A DNA stretch of 64,000 nucleotides from positions 1,589 to 65,588 of the forward strand of contig CAZFMY010000027.1 of the NCBI GenBank assembly GCA_964520345.1. The letters are read 5' to 3'. The notes under the pieces were generated by a model. It was given only the letters and a program-made list of their open reading frames with translations. It was not told the DNA's origin and did not search any database. A program made the translations under genes and the position numbers. The stretch's first letter is position 1, and every line of letters starts with the position of its first letter. This document shows positions 44,270 to 54,476 of this stretch, one piece after another. This DNA comes from an uncultured Gemmatimonadaceae bacterium. GTDB taxonomy: Bacteria; Latescibacterota; UBA2968; UBA8231.

Positions 44270-44998
44270 ATGGAAGTGGCGTTAGAAAGAGTTCCTCTTC
44301 AGATCGAAGCGCTCTTCCTCTGTACGGTATTGGTGGTGCTGGGGCTTTTTGTTCTGGCCGTTCGTTTCGCCGCCCAGAGTACGGGTCGGAAAGATGTCGG
44401 GTTGTGGACCGTTCGAGCTGCTTCGGGAGCGGCGATCTGGCTGGCGGCGACCGGTCTGCTGACCCTTACAGGTGTCCTGCGTGACTTCTCGCTGCCGCCC
44501 AATATTCTGGGACTCTTTCTGGTATCGCTCGCCCTGACCGCCTGCGTGGCCTTTTCGCGGGTGGGTACGGCGTTGGTGATAGGTATAGGACCGGTCGGGC
44601 TGATCGGGTTCCAACTCTTCCGCGTGCCGGTGGAGGTTTTCTTGCACGGGATGTATCAGGTGGGTCAGACACCGGTACAAATGACCTACACGGGGCTCAA
44701 TTTCGACATCTTTTCCGGCTTGACTGCGCCGGCGATGGCCTGGTTGGTCTGGCGCGGGCAGGTCGGTCGCTACAGCATCTGGTTGTGGAATGTGTTTGGC
44801 TTGACGCTCTTGCTCGCCATCGTTGCGATCGGAGTGTTCTCTATGCCGACGGAGTTCCGCGTTTTTACGGTCGAGCCGGCCAATACCTTCGTGGCCTATG
44901 TGCCCTATGTTTGGCTGCCGACGGTCTTGGTGCAGGCGGCGCTTTTGGGACACTTGCTGGTTTTCCGCTGGTTGTGGGCGAACCGAGTGAGAAAATGA
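44270..44998 (+). CDS. Polytopic membrane protein of unknown function (about 6 TM)
   Basis: 242 aa hydrophobic ORF with an AAGGAG SD sequence 7 nt upstream. No recognisable family. Confidence 0.5.
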   Translation: MEVALERVPLQIEALFLCTVLVVLGLFVLAVRFAAQSTGRKDVGLWTVRAASGAAIWLAATGLLTLTGVLRDFSLPPNILGLFLVSLALTACVAFSRVGTALVIGIGPVGLIGFQLFRVPVEVFLHGMYQVGQTPVQMTYTGLNFDIFSGLTAPAMAWLVWRGQVGRYSIWLWNVFGLTLLLAIVAIGVFSMPTEFRVFTVEPANTFVAYVPYVWLPTVLVQAALLGHLLVFRWLWANRVRK

Positions 44999-45050
44999 AC
45001 GAATAATTTCACGGATAGAACAGGTTAGATAAAAGAAGTGGAGATAGATC

Positions 45051-46445
45051 GTGCACACGCGACCCAATATTGTCTTCATCCTCAGCGACGACCAGGGGCC
45101 CTGGGCGGCTGGTTGTTATGGCAACGAGGAGATTTGCACTCCTGCTATAGACCGCATCGCCCGGACGGGAATGCGCTTCGACAATTTTTTCGTCGCCACT
45201 CCGGTTTGCTCGCCGAGCCGCGCAACCTTTTTGACCGGGCGAATTGCCTCGCAACACGGGGTGCATGATTGGATTCGCGAAGGCAATATGGGCCAGAATG
45301 TTGCCGCTTATCTCGAGGGGGAGATAGCCTATACTGATATTCTCGCCGAACACGGCTGGATTTGCGGCTTGAGCGGCAAGTGGCATCTGGGCCACAGTCA
45401 GCTCGTACAACACGGTTTTTCGCATTGGTACACTCACCAGCATGGAGGTGGGCCCTACAACGACGCGCCGATGGTGCGCGACGGAGAGCCGGTGACGGAG
45501 CCGGGCTATGTGACGACGGCGATCACGGATGATGCGCTTGCCTTTATCGATCGCCATGCCGGTTGCGATGTCCCCTTTTACTTGAGTGTGCACTATACCG
45601 CGCCACACAGTCCGTGGACCGGGCATCCGCAGGATATTGTCGATGGGTATGACGAGTGCGCATTCGCTTCCTGCCCGCAGGAGGAGATCCATCCGTGGGC
45701 AGTGGGACACCAGCTGAGCGAGAGTTGTCTGGGCAAGCGCGAGATGCTCAAAGGCTATTTCGCGGCGGTGACGGCGATGGATAGGGATATTGGGCGGATA
45801 CTGGATAAGCTGGAGGAGAAGGGCCTGCGCGAGGATACGCTGGTGGTCTTCGTCAGCGATAATGGCTTCAGCTGTGGCCACCACGGTTTCTGGGGCAAGG
45901 GCAATGGCACCTATCCACCGAATATGTACGAGAACTCGATCAAGGTGCCCTTTGTGATCAGCCAGCCCGGGCGGGTGCCTGCAGGGAATGTGGAAGGTGC
46001 AATGGTCAGCGCCTACGACTTTATGCCGACCCTGCTGGACTATCTCGGGTTGCCGCTGCCCGCAGGGATCAACCTGCCCGGAGAGAGCGTGCTGCCACTC
46101 TGGTTAGGGCAGGGAGATACCGGTCGGGATGAGGTGGTGATTTACGACGAGTACGGCTCGACGCGGATGGTGCGCACCGAGGAGTGGAAATATGTGCATC
46201 GCTATCCAGACGGGCCTTGTGAGCTCTACGATTTGGTCAACGACCCGGACGAGCGTGTGAATCTGGCGGGTGATCCAGAGCAGCGTGTGCGGATCAATGA
46301 GTTGTACGCGCGCTTGGAAGAGTGGTTTGAGCGCTTTGTAGTACAAGGTCGTGATGGTCGCGATTTTGCCGTTACGGGTAAAGGACAACTCAGGCCCGTG
46401 GGTGGGAAGTGGGAAGGGAATGATCCATCTTTTGCAGAGGACTAG
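45051..46445 (+). CDS. Sulfatase (formylglycine type), leaderless
   Basis: GTG start. N-terminus MHTRPNIVFILSDDQG, active-site box C-S-P-S-R-ATFLTGR, and ELYDLVNDPDE. Confidence 0.85.
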   Translation: MHTRPNIVFILSDDQGPWAAGCYGNEEICTPAIDRIARTGMRFDNFFVATPVCSPSRATFLTGRIASQHGVHDWIREGNMGQNVAAYLEGEIAYTDILAEHGWICGLSGKWHLGHSQLVQHGFSHWYTHQHGGGPYNDAPMVRDGEPVTEPGYVTTAITDDALAFIDRHAGCDVPFYLSVHYTAPHSPWTGHPQDIVDGYDECAFASCPQEEIHPWAVGHQLSESCLGKREMLKGYFAAVTAMDRDIGRILDKLEEKGLREDTLVVFVSDNGFSCGHHGFWGKGNGTYPPNMYENSIKVPFVISQPGRVPAGNVEGAMVSAYDFMPTLLDYLGLPLPAGINLPGESVLPLWLGQGDTGRDEVVIYDEYGSTRMVRTEEWKYVHRYPDGPCELYDLVNDPDERVNLAGDPEQRVRINELYARLEEWFERFVVQGRDGRDFAVTGKGQLRPVGGKWEGNDPSFAED

Positions 46446-46450
46446 GACAG

Positions 46451-47278
46451 ATGAATTATATCGACGCGCATGTGCATGTGTGGACCGACGATTTTGAAAA
46501 ATATCCGCTGGCCGAGGGTTATCGCGCCGAGGATATGAAACCGCCGACGTTTTTCCCCGAGGAGATCATCGGTCACGGTGCGGCGTCGGGTGTGGATCGC
46601 ATCGTATTGGTGCAGATGAGCTACTATCGTTTCGACAATCGCTACATGCTCAATGTAATGCGCGAGTACGAGGGGGTGTTCTCCGGGATTGCAATAATAG
46701 ATCCCAAGGCCGAACGGCCCGACGATGAGATGCGGCGCTTGGCCAAAGAGGGAGTGCGCGGTTACCGCGTCTACGAGGGAGAACCGGTTGAAAGCTGGAT
46801 GGATGGGGCGGGTTACGAGCGGATGCTGGCCTGCGCAGCGGACGAGAATCTGGCGGTGTGTCCGTTGATAACCTCGCGGGCTTTGCCCGCACTGGCCCGG
46901 CGTTGTGAGCAGTTCCCGGACGCGCCGATTATTATCGACCATCTCTGTCTGATCGGGGAGAACGAACCGATCTGCGCCGATCAGATCACCGCCCTCTGCG
47001 AAATGGCGCAGTATCCACGGGTGATGGTCAAGGTTTCGGCCTTCTATGCGCTGGGGGAGAAAAAGGCCCCGTACATGGACCTGGAGGATATGATCGATCA
47101 GGTGTACAGGGCTTTTGGTGCGGAGCGATTGATGTGGGCCAGCGACTGTCCCTACCAGGTCCAGGGCGGTCACACCTATGCTTCAAGTGTCGAGCTGATA
47201 GAGAAACGCCTGGATTTTATCGCGGAGGAAGACAGGGGTCAGATTCTCCGCGATACGGCGGCGGACTTTTTCTTTTGA
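46451..47278 (+). CDS. Amidohydrolase_2 family metal-dependent hydrolase (lactonase/decarboxylase type)
   Basis: 275 aa. MNYIDAHVHVW HxH motif and a C-terminal WASDCPY block. Confidence 0.8.
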   Translation: MNYIDAHVHVWTDDFEKYPLAEGYRAEDMKPPTFFPEEIIGHGAASGVDRIVLVQMSYYRFDNRYMLNVMREYEGVFSGIAIIDPKAERPDDEMRRLAKEGVRGYRVYEGEPVESWMDGAGYERMLACAADENLAVCPLITSRALPALARRCEQFPDAPIIIDHLCLIGENEPICADQITALCEMAQYPRVMVKVSAFYALGEKKAPYMDLEDMIDQVYRAFGAERLMWASDCPYQVQGGHTYASSVELIEKRLDFIAEEDRGQILRDTAADFFF

Positions 47279-47392
47279 GCGATCCGAGCCTTCGGTTTCA
47301 GTCTGCTAAAGGCTTGGAATACTGCTTCACAGGGATGTTGGAGCGCTGTCTCTCTCTATCGAAGTTCCTGACATAGACCTGTAGCGCAAAAC

Positions 47393-47426
47393 GATCTGAG
47401 CGGAAGCAGGTGCCATCGCTCAGATC
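47393..47426 (-). terminator. Hairpin overlapping the sulfatase stop codon; possible terminator
   Basis: 10-bp perfect inverted repeat gatctgagcg / cgctcagatc with a 14-nt loop. On the minus strand it is followed by GTTTTG, so the T-tract is weak. Confidence 0.35.
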
Positions 47427-48925
47427 TGGTCTTCGTCCAGGTAGTCCATCTCCGGCTTCAGGTTCCAGCGGATCGAGTCCGGTGGTTGCACATTGCGGCC
47501 CCATTCGGCGAGGATCGGTCGCTCGGCGCGCAGCTGGGCCATGCGTTCGCAGATTTGCGCGGGGTCCCAGCCTTCGAGAACTTCGGCTTTGAGCTTTTCA
47601 ACGGTGCCCTGGTGTGCTGGATCGGCGGCGAGGTCATTGAGCTCACGTGGATCGGCGGCGAGGTCAAAGAGCTGGCAGGGCTGTCCGTGGTAGTAGTTGA
47701 GCTTGAAGTTGTCGCGGCGGACCATGCGCTGGAAGATGCCTTCATCGGGGAAGGGACCGCCGGCGCCGGCGGCGTCCTGGCAGAACTCGGAGAAGGCGAC
47801 ATTGTCCCATTCGGTATTTTGCGGGTCGGTCAAGAGCGACAGCAGGCTGCGCCCCCGCGAGTGGGGCAGAGCCGGGCAGCCGAGGGCGTCGATCATCGTG
47901 GCATTGAGATCGAGCGAAGATATGACCTTGTCGCAACGGGTGCCTTCGGGCAGGTGGCCGGGCCAGGCGAGGATCGCTGGAACTTTGGCCGAGTCTTCAT
48001 AAAAGGTCTGCTTCCACCACAGTCCGTGCTCGCCGACCTGCTCACCGTGGTCGGACGAATAGACGATAAGGGTGTTTTCCTCGAGTCCGTTCTCGCGCAA
48101 CGCGGTGAATATCTGACCGATCATCACGTCCATGCGATAGACCAATGCCCAGTAGGCGGCGCGGGCGCGACGGATCTCCTCCTCGCTGACCTCCTCTATT
48201 TCGCAGGCGGTGCGCCAGAGTTGGATATGTGGGTGCAAGTGGTCGCCGAAGGATTCGTGGTTTTTCGGCGGGGTGATTTTTTCGTAGTAGCGACGGTAGT
48301 CTTCGAGTCGGGCGACGAAGGGCTGGTGTGGAAGCATGAAACCGACCGAGAGCGAGAAGGGGTCGGTCGATTCTCCGGCGCGCCTCTGGACCCCGAGGCG
48401 ATTGAGATAGTTGAGAGTAGCGGCGGTGACGTCTTCGTCGTGGACCTGGTAGGCGCTCTGGCCGTGGCCAGAGAGGCGCAGGCTGACCCTCCCCGGGCCG
48501 GCGGTGCCCGAGAGCTGGCCGTGGTTGACACCGGAGCCGCCCATTTGATTGGGGCCGTGGTCGCCAACCAGGCGCTCGGCATAACCGTGCAGCTGATCGG
48601 GGCCTACCGAGTGCATACGGCCGATCAGCGCGGGTCGGTAGCCGCCAGCGCCCATGGCATGGGCGAAAGTGGGAATTCCCGAATCGAGGATATGGGAGTT
48701 GGTCCAAACTTCATTTTCGCAGGGGTAGCGGCCCGAGAGCATCGACATCCGCGAGGGTACGCAGATTGGTGAGGGGCAGTATGTGTTGTCGAGGACTACC
48801 CCGCTTGCGGCCAGAGCATCGAGGTGGGGGGTCTCAACCAGGGGATCGCCGTAACAACCAGTGACGAAGGGGTTGTGCTGGTCGGAGTGGATATAGAGCA
48901 GGTTGGGACGGGTGTTTTTGCTCAT
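47420..48925 (-). CDS. Sulfatase (formylglycine type), leaderless
   Basis: 501 aa. N-terminus MSKNTRPNLLYIHSDQHN, active-site box C-V-P-S-R-MSMLSGR, and LFDLAADPRELNDLAADP. Confidence 0.85.
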   Translation of the reverse strand: MSKNTRPNLLYIHSDQHNPFVTGCYGDPLVETPHLDALAASGVVLDNTYCPSPICVPSRMSMLSGRYPCENEVWTNSHILDSGIPTFAHAMGAGGYRPALIGRMHSVGPDQLHGYAERLVGDHGPNQMGGSGVNHGQLSGTAGPGRVSLRLSGHGQSAYQVHDEDVTAATLNYLNRLGVQRRAGESTDPFSLSVGFMLPHQPFVARLEDYRRYYEKITPPKNHESFGDHLHPHIQLWRTACEIEEVSEEEIRRARAAYWALVYRMDVMIGQIFTALRENGLEENTLIVYSSDHGEQVGEHGLWWKQTFYEDSAKVPAILAWPGHLPEGTRCDKVISSLDLNATMIDALGCPALPHSRGRSLLSLLTDPQNTEWDNVAFSEFCQDAAGAGGPFPDEGIFQRMVRRDNFKLNYYHGQPCQLFDLAADPRELNDLAADPAHQGTVEKLKAEVLEGWDPAQICERMAQLRAERPILAEWGRNVQPPDSIRWNLKPEMDYLDEDQI

Positions 48926-49006
48926 GATTTAACCTTGGAACGAGGTACAGTAAATGAGCCGCAAAAGTAGGAGTCCAATCGGACCCGGTCAAGACTGGGG
49001 TGCGAC

Positions 49007-49023
49007 TTGCCAGCCATTGGCAA
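49007..49023. promoter_or_regulatory. Palindrome TTGCCA-N5-TGGCAA in the divergent sulfatase/SDR intergenic region
   Basis: Read directly: ttgcca gccat tggcaa. Candidate operator only. Confidence 0.3.
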
Positions 49024-49142
49024 TCTCACCATGCTTTATAGCCATCTCGATTGTACTTGCTTGATTTTCGGGGATACTAATCGCAAAAACTTTGTAGGAG
49101 CACCCGGGCTATTGCGGCCTGTGTGACCATAAAGGAGTCTAT

Positions 49143-49919
49143 ATGCGTTCAATCAAAAAAGTGGGTCTTACCGGTGCCAATGGCACGATCGGTCGGGTAT
49201 TGATGGAGGGGTTGGCCAACGAGTACGAGGTTATGGCTTTTACGCGGCGCGAGGTCGATTTTGCCTCGGCGATCGTCAATTTTGAAAATGCCGATGAGGT
49301 CGAGGGTTCGTTCGCGGGATTGGACGCGGTCATTCACCTGGCTGCCGACCCAAGTCCGCTGGCGCCGTGGGAGGCGGTGCGTGAGCACAATATCGAGGCG
49401 ATGTACCAGGTATTGGAGGAGTGCCGACGCGCCAGAGTCAGGCGTCTGGTCTTCGCCTCGACGAATCACACTCAGCATGGCAACACCATTCTCACGACGC
49501 CGGAGACCTTGGATCCAGAGAAGAAACTGAGGATGAAACTGGACGATCTGCCAAATCCCGATTCGCTCTACGCTGTATCCAAACTATTCGGTGAACATTT
49601 GGGTAAACTCTACAGTGAGCGCTTTAATCTCGAATTTGTCGGATTGAGGATCGGTTGGATCGTTGTCGAGAACGATCCAACCATTATGCGCGGTACTGCG
49701 GCCGAGGATTATCTGCGCGCGATGTTTTTGAGTCATAGGGACTGCATTGCGGCACACAAATGTGCCCTTGAGGTGGACACCCGTTATGCGCTGGCCTACG
49801 TGGTTAGCAATAACGGTCGTCGCGTTTTTGATCTGGAGGAGACGCGGGCCGTGCTCGGCTATGAGCCGCAGGACGATGCCGAGACGTATTTCGCTAGTCG
49901 ACTTGGGCTTGACCGCTGA
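49143..49919 (+). CDS. NAD-dependent epimerase/dehydratase-like SDR (uronate dehydrogenase-like size)
   Basis: 258 aa with GLTGANGTIGR, YAVSK (YxxxK), and an AAGGAG SD sequence. Confidence 0.75.
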   Translation: MRSIKKVGLTGANGTIGRVLMEGLANEYEVMAFTRREVDFASAIVNFENADEVEGSFAGLDAVIHLAADPSPLAPWEAVREHNIEAMYQVLEECRRARVRRLVFASTNHTQHGNTILTTPETLDPEKKLRMKLDDLPNPDSLYAVSKLFGEHLGKLYSERFNLEFVGLRIGWIVVENDPTIMRGTAAEDYLRAMFLSHRDCIAAHKCALEVDTRYALAYVVSNNGRRVFDLEETRAVLGYEPQDDAETYFASRLGLDR

Positions 49920-49945
49920 TCTCTTTGGCCCTTCATTTGCCCTTT

Positions 49946-51589
49946 ATGAAAGAGCGGCACCGCAAGGGCAAAAAGCAAGCAAAACCCCCAATCAGTTCTT
50001 CTACTGAGGGCACTCCGCTTGCTCGTTTTTACCACTATGCCGATGGCTCACGCGGACGTCTGATACTACCGGCTCTCGTCGCAATCTCGACGCTATTTCT
50101 CGGCATCTGGACTTTCGATCCCAAGCTTTCTTTGAGCGGCGATAACACCGAATTCATCATTCTGGCGCGCAGTTTGGCTCAGGGCGAGGGATTGGTGCAT
50201 ATCAACTCGCCCGATCCTCAACCGGCAACCAAGTATCCGTTCGGATTGCCGCTCCTGTTGGCACCACTAGCGTGGTTTTTTCCGGGTGATTGGGTGCCGA
50301 TGAAGGCCTGGGTGCTGGTGATTTTTTCATTGGGGATGGGGATCTTGTACCAGTTGGTCAAGGAGCGGGCGGGAGCTTTACCAGCCTTGGCGACGGTAGC
50401 GCTGAGTCTGACGGTGGGTAAGAGCTATCTCACCCACGGGCCAGACGATATCGTCTATGGTCCCCTGTTATTGCACTATGCGCACCAGGTGATGTCCGAG
50501 GCTCCCTATCTGACCTTTTCGCTTTTGGCCTTGTGGCTTATCGAACGAGGTGTCGGGCGCGAGGGGGTTAGGGACAACTGGTGGCTGATTGCTGGATTTG
50601 TTTGCACCATGTGGGCCTATTATATCCGCACCGTCGGTATTGCGCTGGTGGCGGCGGTGCTGGCGTACCTGCTTCTGCGTCGCGATTTTCGGCGTGGGTT
50701 GATGTTTGCAGTGGCGGCTTTTACCTGCTGGTTGCCCTGGACTCTGCGCAATAGAGCGGTGGGTGGCGACAGCGTCTATATAAAGCAGTTGTTTATGGTC
50801 AATCCCTACCATCCGGACCGCGGTCTGCTCGACTTCGGGGGTTTTGTCGAGCGCTTTTTCGCCCACGTCCAGCTCTACCTGACGCGGGAATTGCCCAATA
50901 CACTGGTACCCTATTTCACTGGCGCTGAAACGCTTTTGCACCCTGCTGCGCTCTTGCTGGTCGGCCTCGCGGTCGCTGCGACAACGCTCTGCGTCAAGCG
51001 CGGGGAAAATTTGCTGCTCTTGCTCTATGCCGGTTTCTTCATCGGGGTAGTGCTGCTCTGGCCCTGGCCGGGTGATCGTTTCCTGATGCCGATCGTGCCG
51101 ATATTGATCTTTCTGGCCGTATGGGTTGTATTGTGGGTCCGCGATAGAGTGGCGGTGCACAATGCGGGAGCTGGTCGTTTCTTGGTGTGGGGAATCTTCC
51201 TGGTGTTTTTTTCCGCTACGCTCGGTGGCGTCAAACGTCTGGCCGACTATAGCGAAGCCGATTATCCGCCCCAATGGAGCCGCTATTACCAGGCTGGCCA
51301 GTGGCTCAAAACCCATACGCCGGAAGATGCTATTGTGCTTTGTCGCAAGGGCTACTGGATGTCTGTAGTCTCGGGTCGGCGCTGCATCGGCTTCCCGTTC
51401 AAGGAGCCCCCAATAGTGCTCGAGCATATGGAGCGAGAAGCGGTCGACTATGTCGTGCTCGAGAGTTTGGGTTTTCCGCAGACCGTGCAGTATCTGGTCC
51501 CGACCGTCAATGCGTACCGGGACCGCTTCGAGGTTCAGTGGCAGGACCAGGCGCTGCCGACTTATGTCCTGCGGTTCTTGAGCAAATAG
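49946..51589 (+). CDS. GT-C fold (ArnT/PMT_2-like) polytopic glycosyltransferase
   Basis: Polytopic membrane protein with an acidic first-loop motif LSGDNTEFIILARSL, typical of GT39/GT83-like enzymes. An alternative TTG start lies at 49925. Confidence 0.65.
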   Translation: MKERHRKGKKQAKPPISSSTEGTPLARFYHYADGSRGRLILPALVAISTLFLGIWTFDPKLSLSGDNTEFIILARSLAQGEGLVHINSPDPQPATKYPFGLPLLLAPLAWFFPGDWVPMKAWVLVIFSLGMGILYQLVKERAGALPALATVALSLTVGKSYLTHGPDDIVYGPLLLHYAHQVMSEAPYLTFSLLALWLIERGVGREGVRDNWWLIAGFVCTMWAYYIRTVGIALVAAVLAYLLLRRDFRRGLMFAVAAFTCWLPWTLRNRAVGGDSVYIKQLFMVNPYHPDRGLLDFGGFVERFFAHVQLYLTRELPNTLVPYFTGAETLLHPAALLLVGLAVAATTLCVKRGENLLLLLYAGFFIGVVLLWPWPGDRFLMPIVPILIFLAVWVVLWVRDRVAVHNAGAGRFLVWGIFLVFFSATLGGVKRLADYSEADYPPQWSRYYQAGQWLKTHTPEDAIVLCRKGYWMSVVSGRRCIGFPFKEPPIVLEHMEREAVDYVVLESLGFPQTVQYLVPTVNAYRDRFEVQWQDQALPTYVLRFLSK

Positions 51590-51623
51590 ACCGCTTGCCT
51601 CTTCCAGCGTCCAGTATCTATAC

Positions 51624-53561
51624 TTGGGATGCCCTGAATTTTCCCTCCAGTTGCCGTCGGTGCCCGTGATTCGACATTCCTCGCTGCTTGTATTCTCCTC
51701 CTATCTGGTTGTTAGTCTCATCTTCACCTATCCGCTGGTGCTGCATTTGACGACCCACGTGCCCGGTGAGGTGGCGGGTGATGTGCCGGTCTATATCTGG
51801 AATCTGTGGTGGATGCAGCAGGCGTTATCGACGGGGATCTCGCCGCTCTTTTGCGATTATATTTTCGCTCCTTATGGTGTGTCGTTGGCTTTTCACGCTT
51901 TCGTTTTTCTCAAGGCCTTCGTCGCAATTCTCCTTCAGTATTTTTTCACCGCCTGGACTGCCTACAATATTCTGATCCTGGTGACCTTTGCGCTCTCTGG
52001 TTGGACAATGTTTCTGCTGGCGCGCCATCTCAGTGGCGATGCTCGGGCGGCGTGGCTGGCGGGGTTGGTCTACGCTTTCAGTCCCTATATGCTGACCCGC
52101 GGGACAGGCCATCTCAATTATCTCAGCGGCGAGTGGATGCCGCTCTATGCGCTCTGCCTGATCCGCCTTTTGCAAACGCGCGAGAAGCGTTGGGCTTGGG
52201 GCGGCGGACTCTGTCTATTGCTAACGGCGTACTGCGAATACTACTATCTTATCTACCTGACATTATTCACCGTTTTTTATCTGGGATGGCGATTTCGATG
52301 CGATCGGCAAGAGCTCTTGAACTCGACCTTTCTCATTCGTTTCGCACTGATGGGCGCTGGTGCTGTGGTGGGTTTTGCACCGATCCTGTGGGTGCTCTTT
52401 GGTACGGCGCAGAGCAGCTACATATATGGTGGGTGGGGGGCTTCGGCCAAACTGGGGGCGGATCTATTAGCTTTTTTCTCGCCCCCGCCGGGAAGCCTGC
52501 TCTACGGCGATATCAGCGCGGGGCTTTATGAGACGTTCTCTGGTGGAAATGCGGTAGAGGGCACGGTCTTCACTGGCTATGTCGTGCTCGGTTTGAGCGC
52601 AATCTGCATCTGGCGTTTGCGGGGCGATGAGTCGGTGCGGCTCTGGTTGTGGTTGACACTGGTGTTTTTCCTGCTTTCACTTGGGCCCTTGCTGCACGTT
52701 GGCGGAGACTTCGTCTTCGGGATCGGCCCTGTGCGATTCGTCGTGCCATTGCCCTATGTGGTCGTGCGCTATTTGCCGCTGATCAAGGGAGCTCGAGTGC
52801 CGGCGCGTTTCGATATTATGGTCGTTATGGGATTGGCGGTGCTCAGTGCCTACGGGGTGCGCTATTGGCTCGGTCGGGTTGAATACCCCGCACGTTGGAT
52901 AGCGGCAATTGTCCTTCTGGTTGCCTTGGAGTATCTTAGGATGCCCTATCCGGTCGCTGCGGTGGAAATCCCCGGTGCCTATCGGACCATTGCCGGTGAA
53001 AGCGGTGACCGAGTGGTGATGGACGTGCCCCTGGGTTGGCGTACTGGCTGGGGCAGTACCGGGCGCAGTCTCGACCACCAGCAGCTCTTTCAAATCGTTC
53101 ATGGCAAGCGTTTGCTCGGTGGCTTTGCCTCGCGTATTCCCGAAGACGAATTGCGGCGGATGGCCGCTCTGCCGGGCATTGGTCGGCTTCTGGATCTGCA
53201 GGAGCAACTGCCTGCAACTCCTGCGCCGACAGCGGCCCGCAGGCCCTTTATCAGGGCTCAGCTAACAGAGCTTTTAGATCACTTGCCTGTTTTTTTGCGC
53301 CAGCGGTTGATGCGCGAAGGTGCGGTGCGCGACTTCCTCGCCAATACCTCGGCCGAGCGGCGGATTGCAGAGCAGGCTCCGCGCTCGCGTTCCCTGCGCC
53401 AGTTGGTGGATGTGGTGGAGTTGGGATATGTCGTTGTGCATCCGCCCTATAGCGGGTACGCGCCGATTCGGCGCTATCTTGAAACGGGTTTGCCGCTGGA
53501 GAAGTTCTACGATCAAGGTGGTGTGATAGGCTATCGGATCGTCGATGGTATGGATCATTAG
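51624..53561 (+). CDS. YfhO/DUF6311-like polytopic membrane protein (putative GT-C transferase), start uncertain
   Basis: 645 aa. The N-terminus YPLVLHLTTHVPGE..GDVPVYIWNLWW resembles YfhO-type proteins. TTG 51624 or GTG 51666 start, neither with an SD sequence. Confidence 0.6.
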   Translation: MGCPEFSLQLPSVPVIRHSSLLVFSSYLVVSLIFTYPLVLHLTTHVPGEVAGDVPVYIWNLWWMQQALSTGISPLFCDYIFAPYGVSLAFHAFVFLKAFVAILLQYFFTAWTAYNILILVTFALSGWTMFLLARHLSGDARAAWLAGLVYAFSPYMLTRGTGHLNYLSGEWMPLYALCLIRLLQTREKRWAWGGGLCLLLTAYCEYYYLIYLTLFTVFYLGWRFRCDRQELLNSTFLIRFALMGAGAVVGFAPILWVLFGTAQSSYIYGGWGASAKLGADLLAFFSPPPGSLLYGDISAGLYETFSGGNAVEGTVFTGYVVLGLSAICIWRLRGDESVRLWLWLTLVFFLLSLGPLLHVGGDFVFGIGPVRFVVPLPYVVVRYLPLIKGARVPARFDIMVVMGLAVLSAYGVRYWLGRVEYPARWIAAIVLLVALEYLRMPYPVAAVEIPGAYRTIAGESGDRVVMDVPLGWRTGWGSTGRSLDHQQLFQIVHGKRLLGGFASRIPEDELRRMAALPGIGRLLDLQEQLPATPAPTAARRPFIRAQLTELLDHLPVFLRQRLMREGAVRDFLANTSAERRIAEQAPRSRSLRQLVDVVELGYVVVHPPYSGYAPIRRYLETGLPLEKFYDQGGVIGYRIVDGMDH

Positions 53562-53595
53562 GCAGATCAATCGGCATTAGAAAAGGCGGCAAATT

Positions 53596-54324
53596 TTGGA
53601 CTCGACAACGGGTGAGCTACCGACTCTCTTTATCGTTATTCCAGCGCTCAACGAGGAAGAGAATATCGGGCAGACACTCGAGTGCCTTGAGGACCAGGTC
53701 GACCTGCCCTGCGAAGTGATCGTGGTCGATGATCACTCGACCGACGCGACCGGGGAGGTGGTGCGCCGTTTTGCTGAGGAGCACTCCAATGTGCGCCTGG
53801 TGAAGAACGAGGGTCCGCGTGGCTTCAGCAATGCGTTGAAAGTGGGTTATGAAGCCGCTGGCTCCGGTGTGATCGTTACGATGATGGCCGATCTTTGCGA
53901 CGATCCGCAGACGTTGGCCCCGATGTACGAGAAGATTCTCGAGGGCTACGATGTGGTCTGTGGATCGCGTTATATGCCGGGGGGTGGCAAGCGCAACGAG
54001 GATAGCGAGGTCAAGGGTATGTTCTCCCGCTTTGTCGGGCTTTCGCTCCGTCGTTTGGTGGGCGTGCCGACCCACGACGCGACCAACGCCTTCAAGATGT
54101 ACCGCAGTGAGGTGATTAAGAATATCCCTATCGAGGAGGCGGGTTTCGCCTCTTCGATGGAGATTACGGTGAAGGCTTTTTTACGCGGGGCGAAGATTGC
54201 AGAAGTACCGACGGTATGGCGGGGGCGCACGGCGGGTAAGTCTAAGTTCAGCATATTGAAAGGTGGGAAGGACTACCTGCGTTGGTATGTGTGGGCAGTT
54301 CTACTGCGCAAGCACAAATTCTGA
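53596..54324 (+). CDS. GT2 polyprenyl-phosphate sugar synthase (Dpm1/GtrB/ArnC-like)
   Basis: 242 aa, TTG start. Blocks: IVIPALNEEENI, VIVVDDHSTDAT, MMADLCDDP. No C-terminal TM helices. Confidence 0.8.
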   Translation: MDSTTGELPTLFIVIPALNEEENIGQTLECLEDQVDLPCEVIVVDDHSTDATGEVVRRFAEEHSNVRLVKNEGPRGFSNALKVGYEAAGSGVIVTMMADLCDDPQTLAPMYEKILEGYDVVCGSRYMPGGGKRNEDSEVKGMFSRFVGLSLRRLVGVPTHDATNAFKMYRSEVIKNIPIEEAGFASSMEITVKAFLRGAKIAEVPTVWRGRTAGKSKFSILKGGKDYLRWYVWAVLLRKHKF

Positions 54325-54476
54325 AAAAAGACAGAGCGGTTCCGCACTTGTGCTGACTCCGCGGATTTGTGGTACGTGCTCTCGCTGTGTTCGTGTTCGG
54401 TGGCACACTCGCTAGCCGGTTCGTCCATGACGGACGCAGGTTTCTATAGCTAATGGTCAAGGAGTTGCCGGAAATT

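Noticed and set aside
47618-47666. A 19-bp perfect direct repeat tggatcggcggcgaggtca, with copies starting 30 bp apart, inside the sulfatase gene.
   Set aside because: It is in-frame and encodes the two DLAADP halves of the normal sulfatase C-terminal motif (LFDLAADPRELNDLAADP). This is coding-sequence repetition, not a mobile or regulatory repeat.
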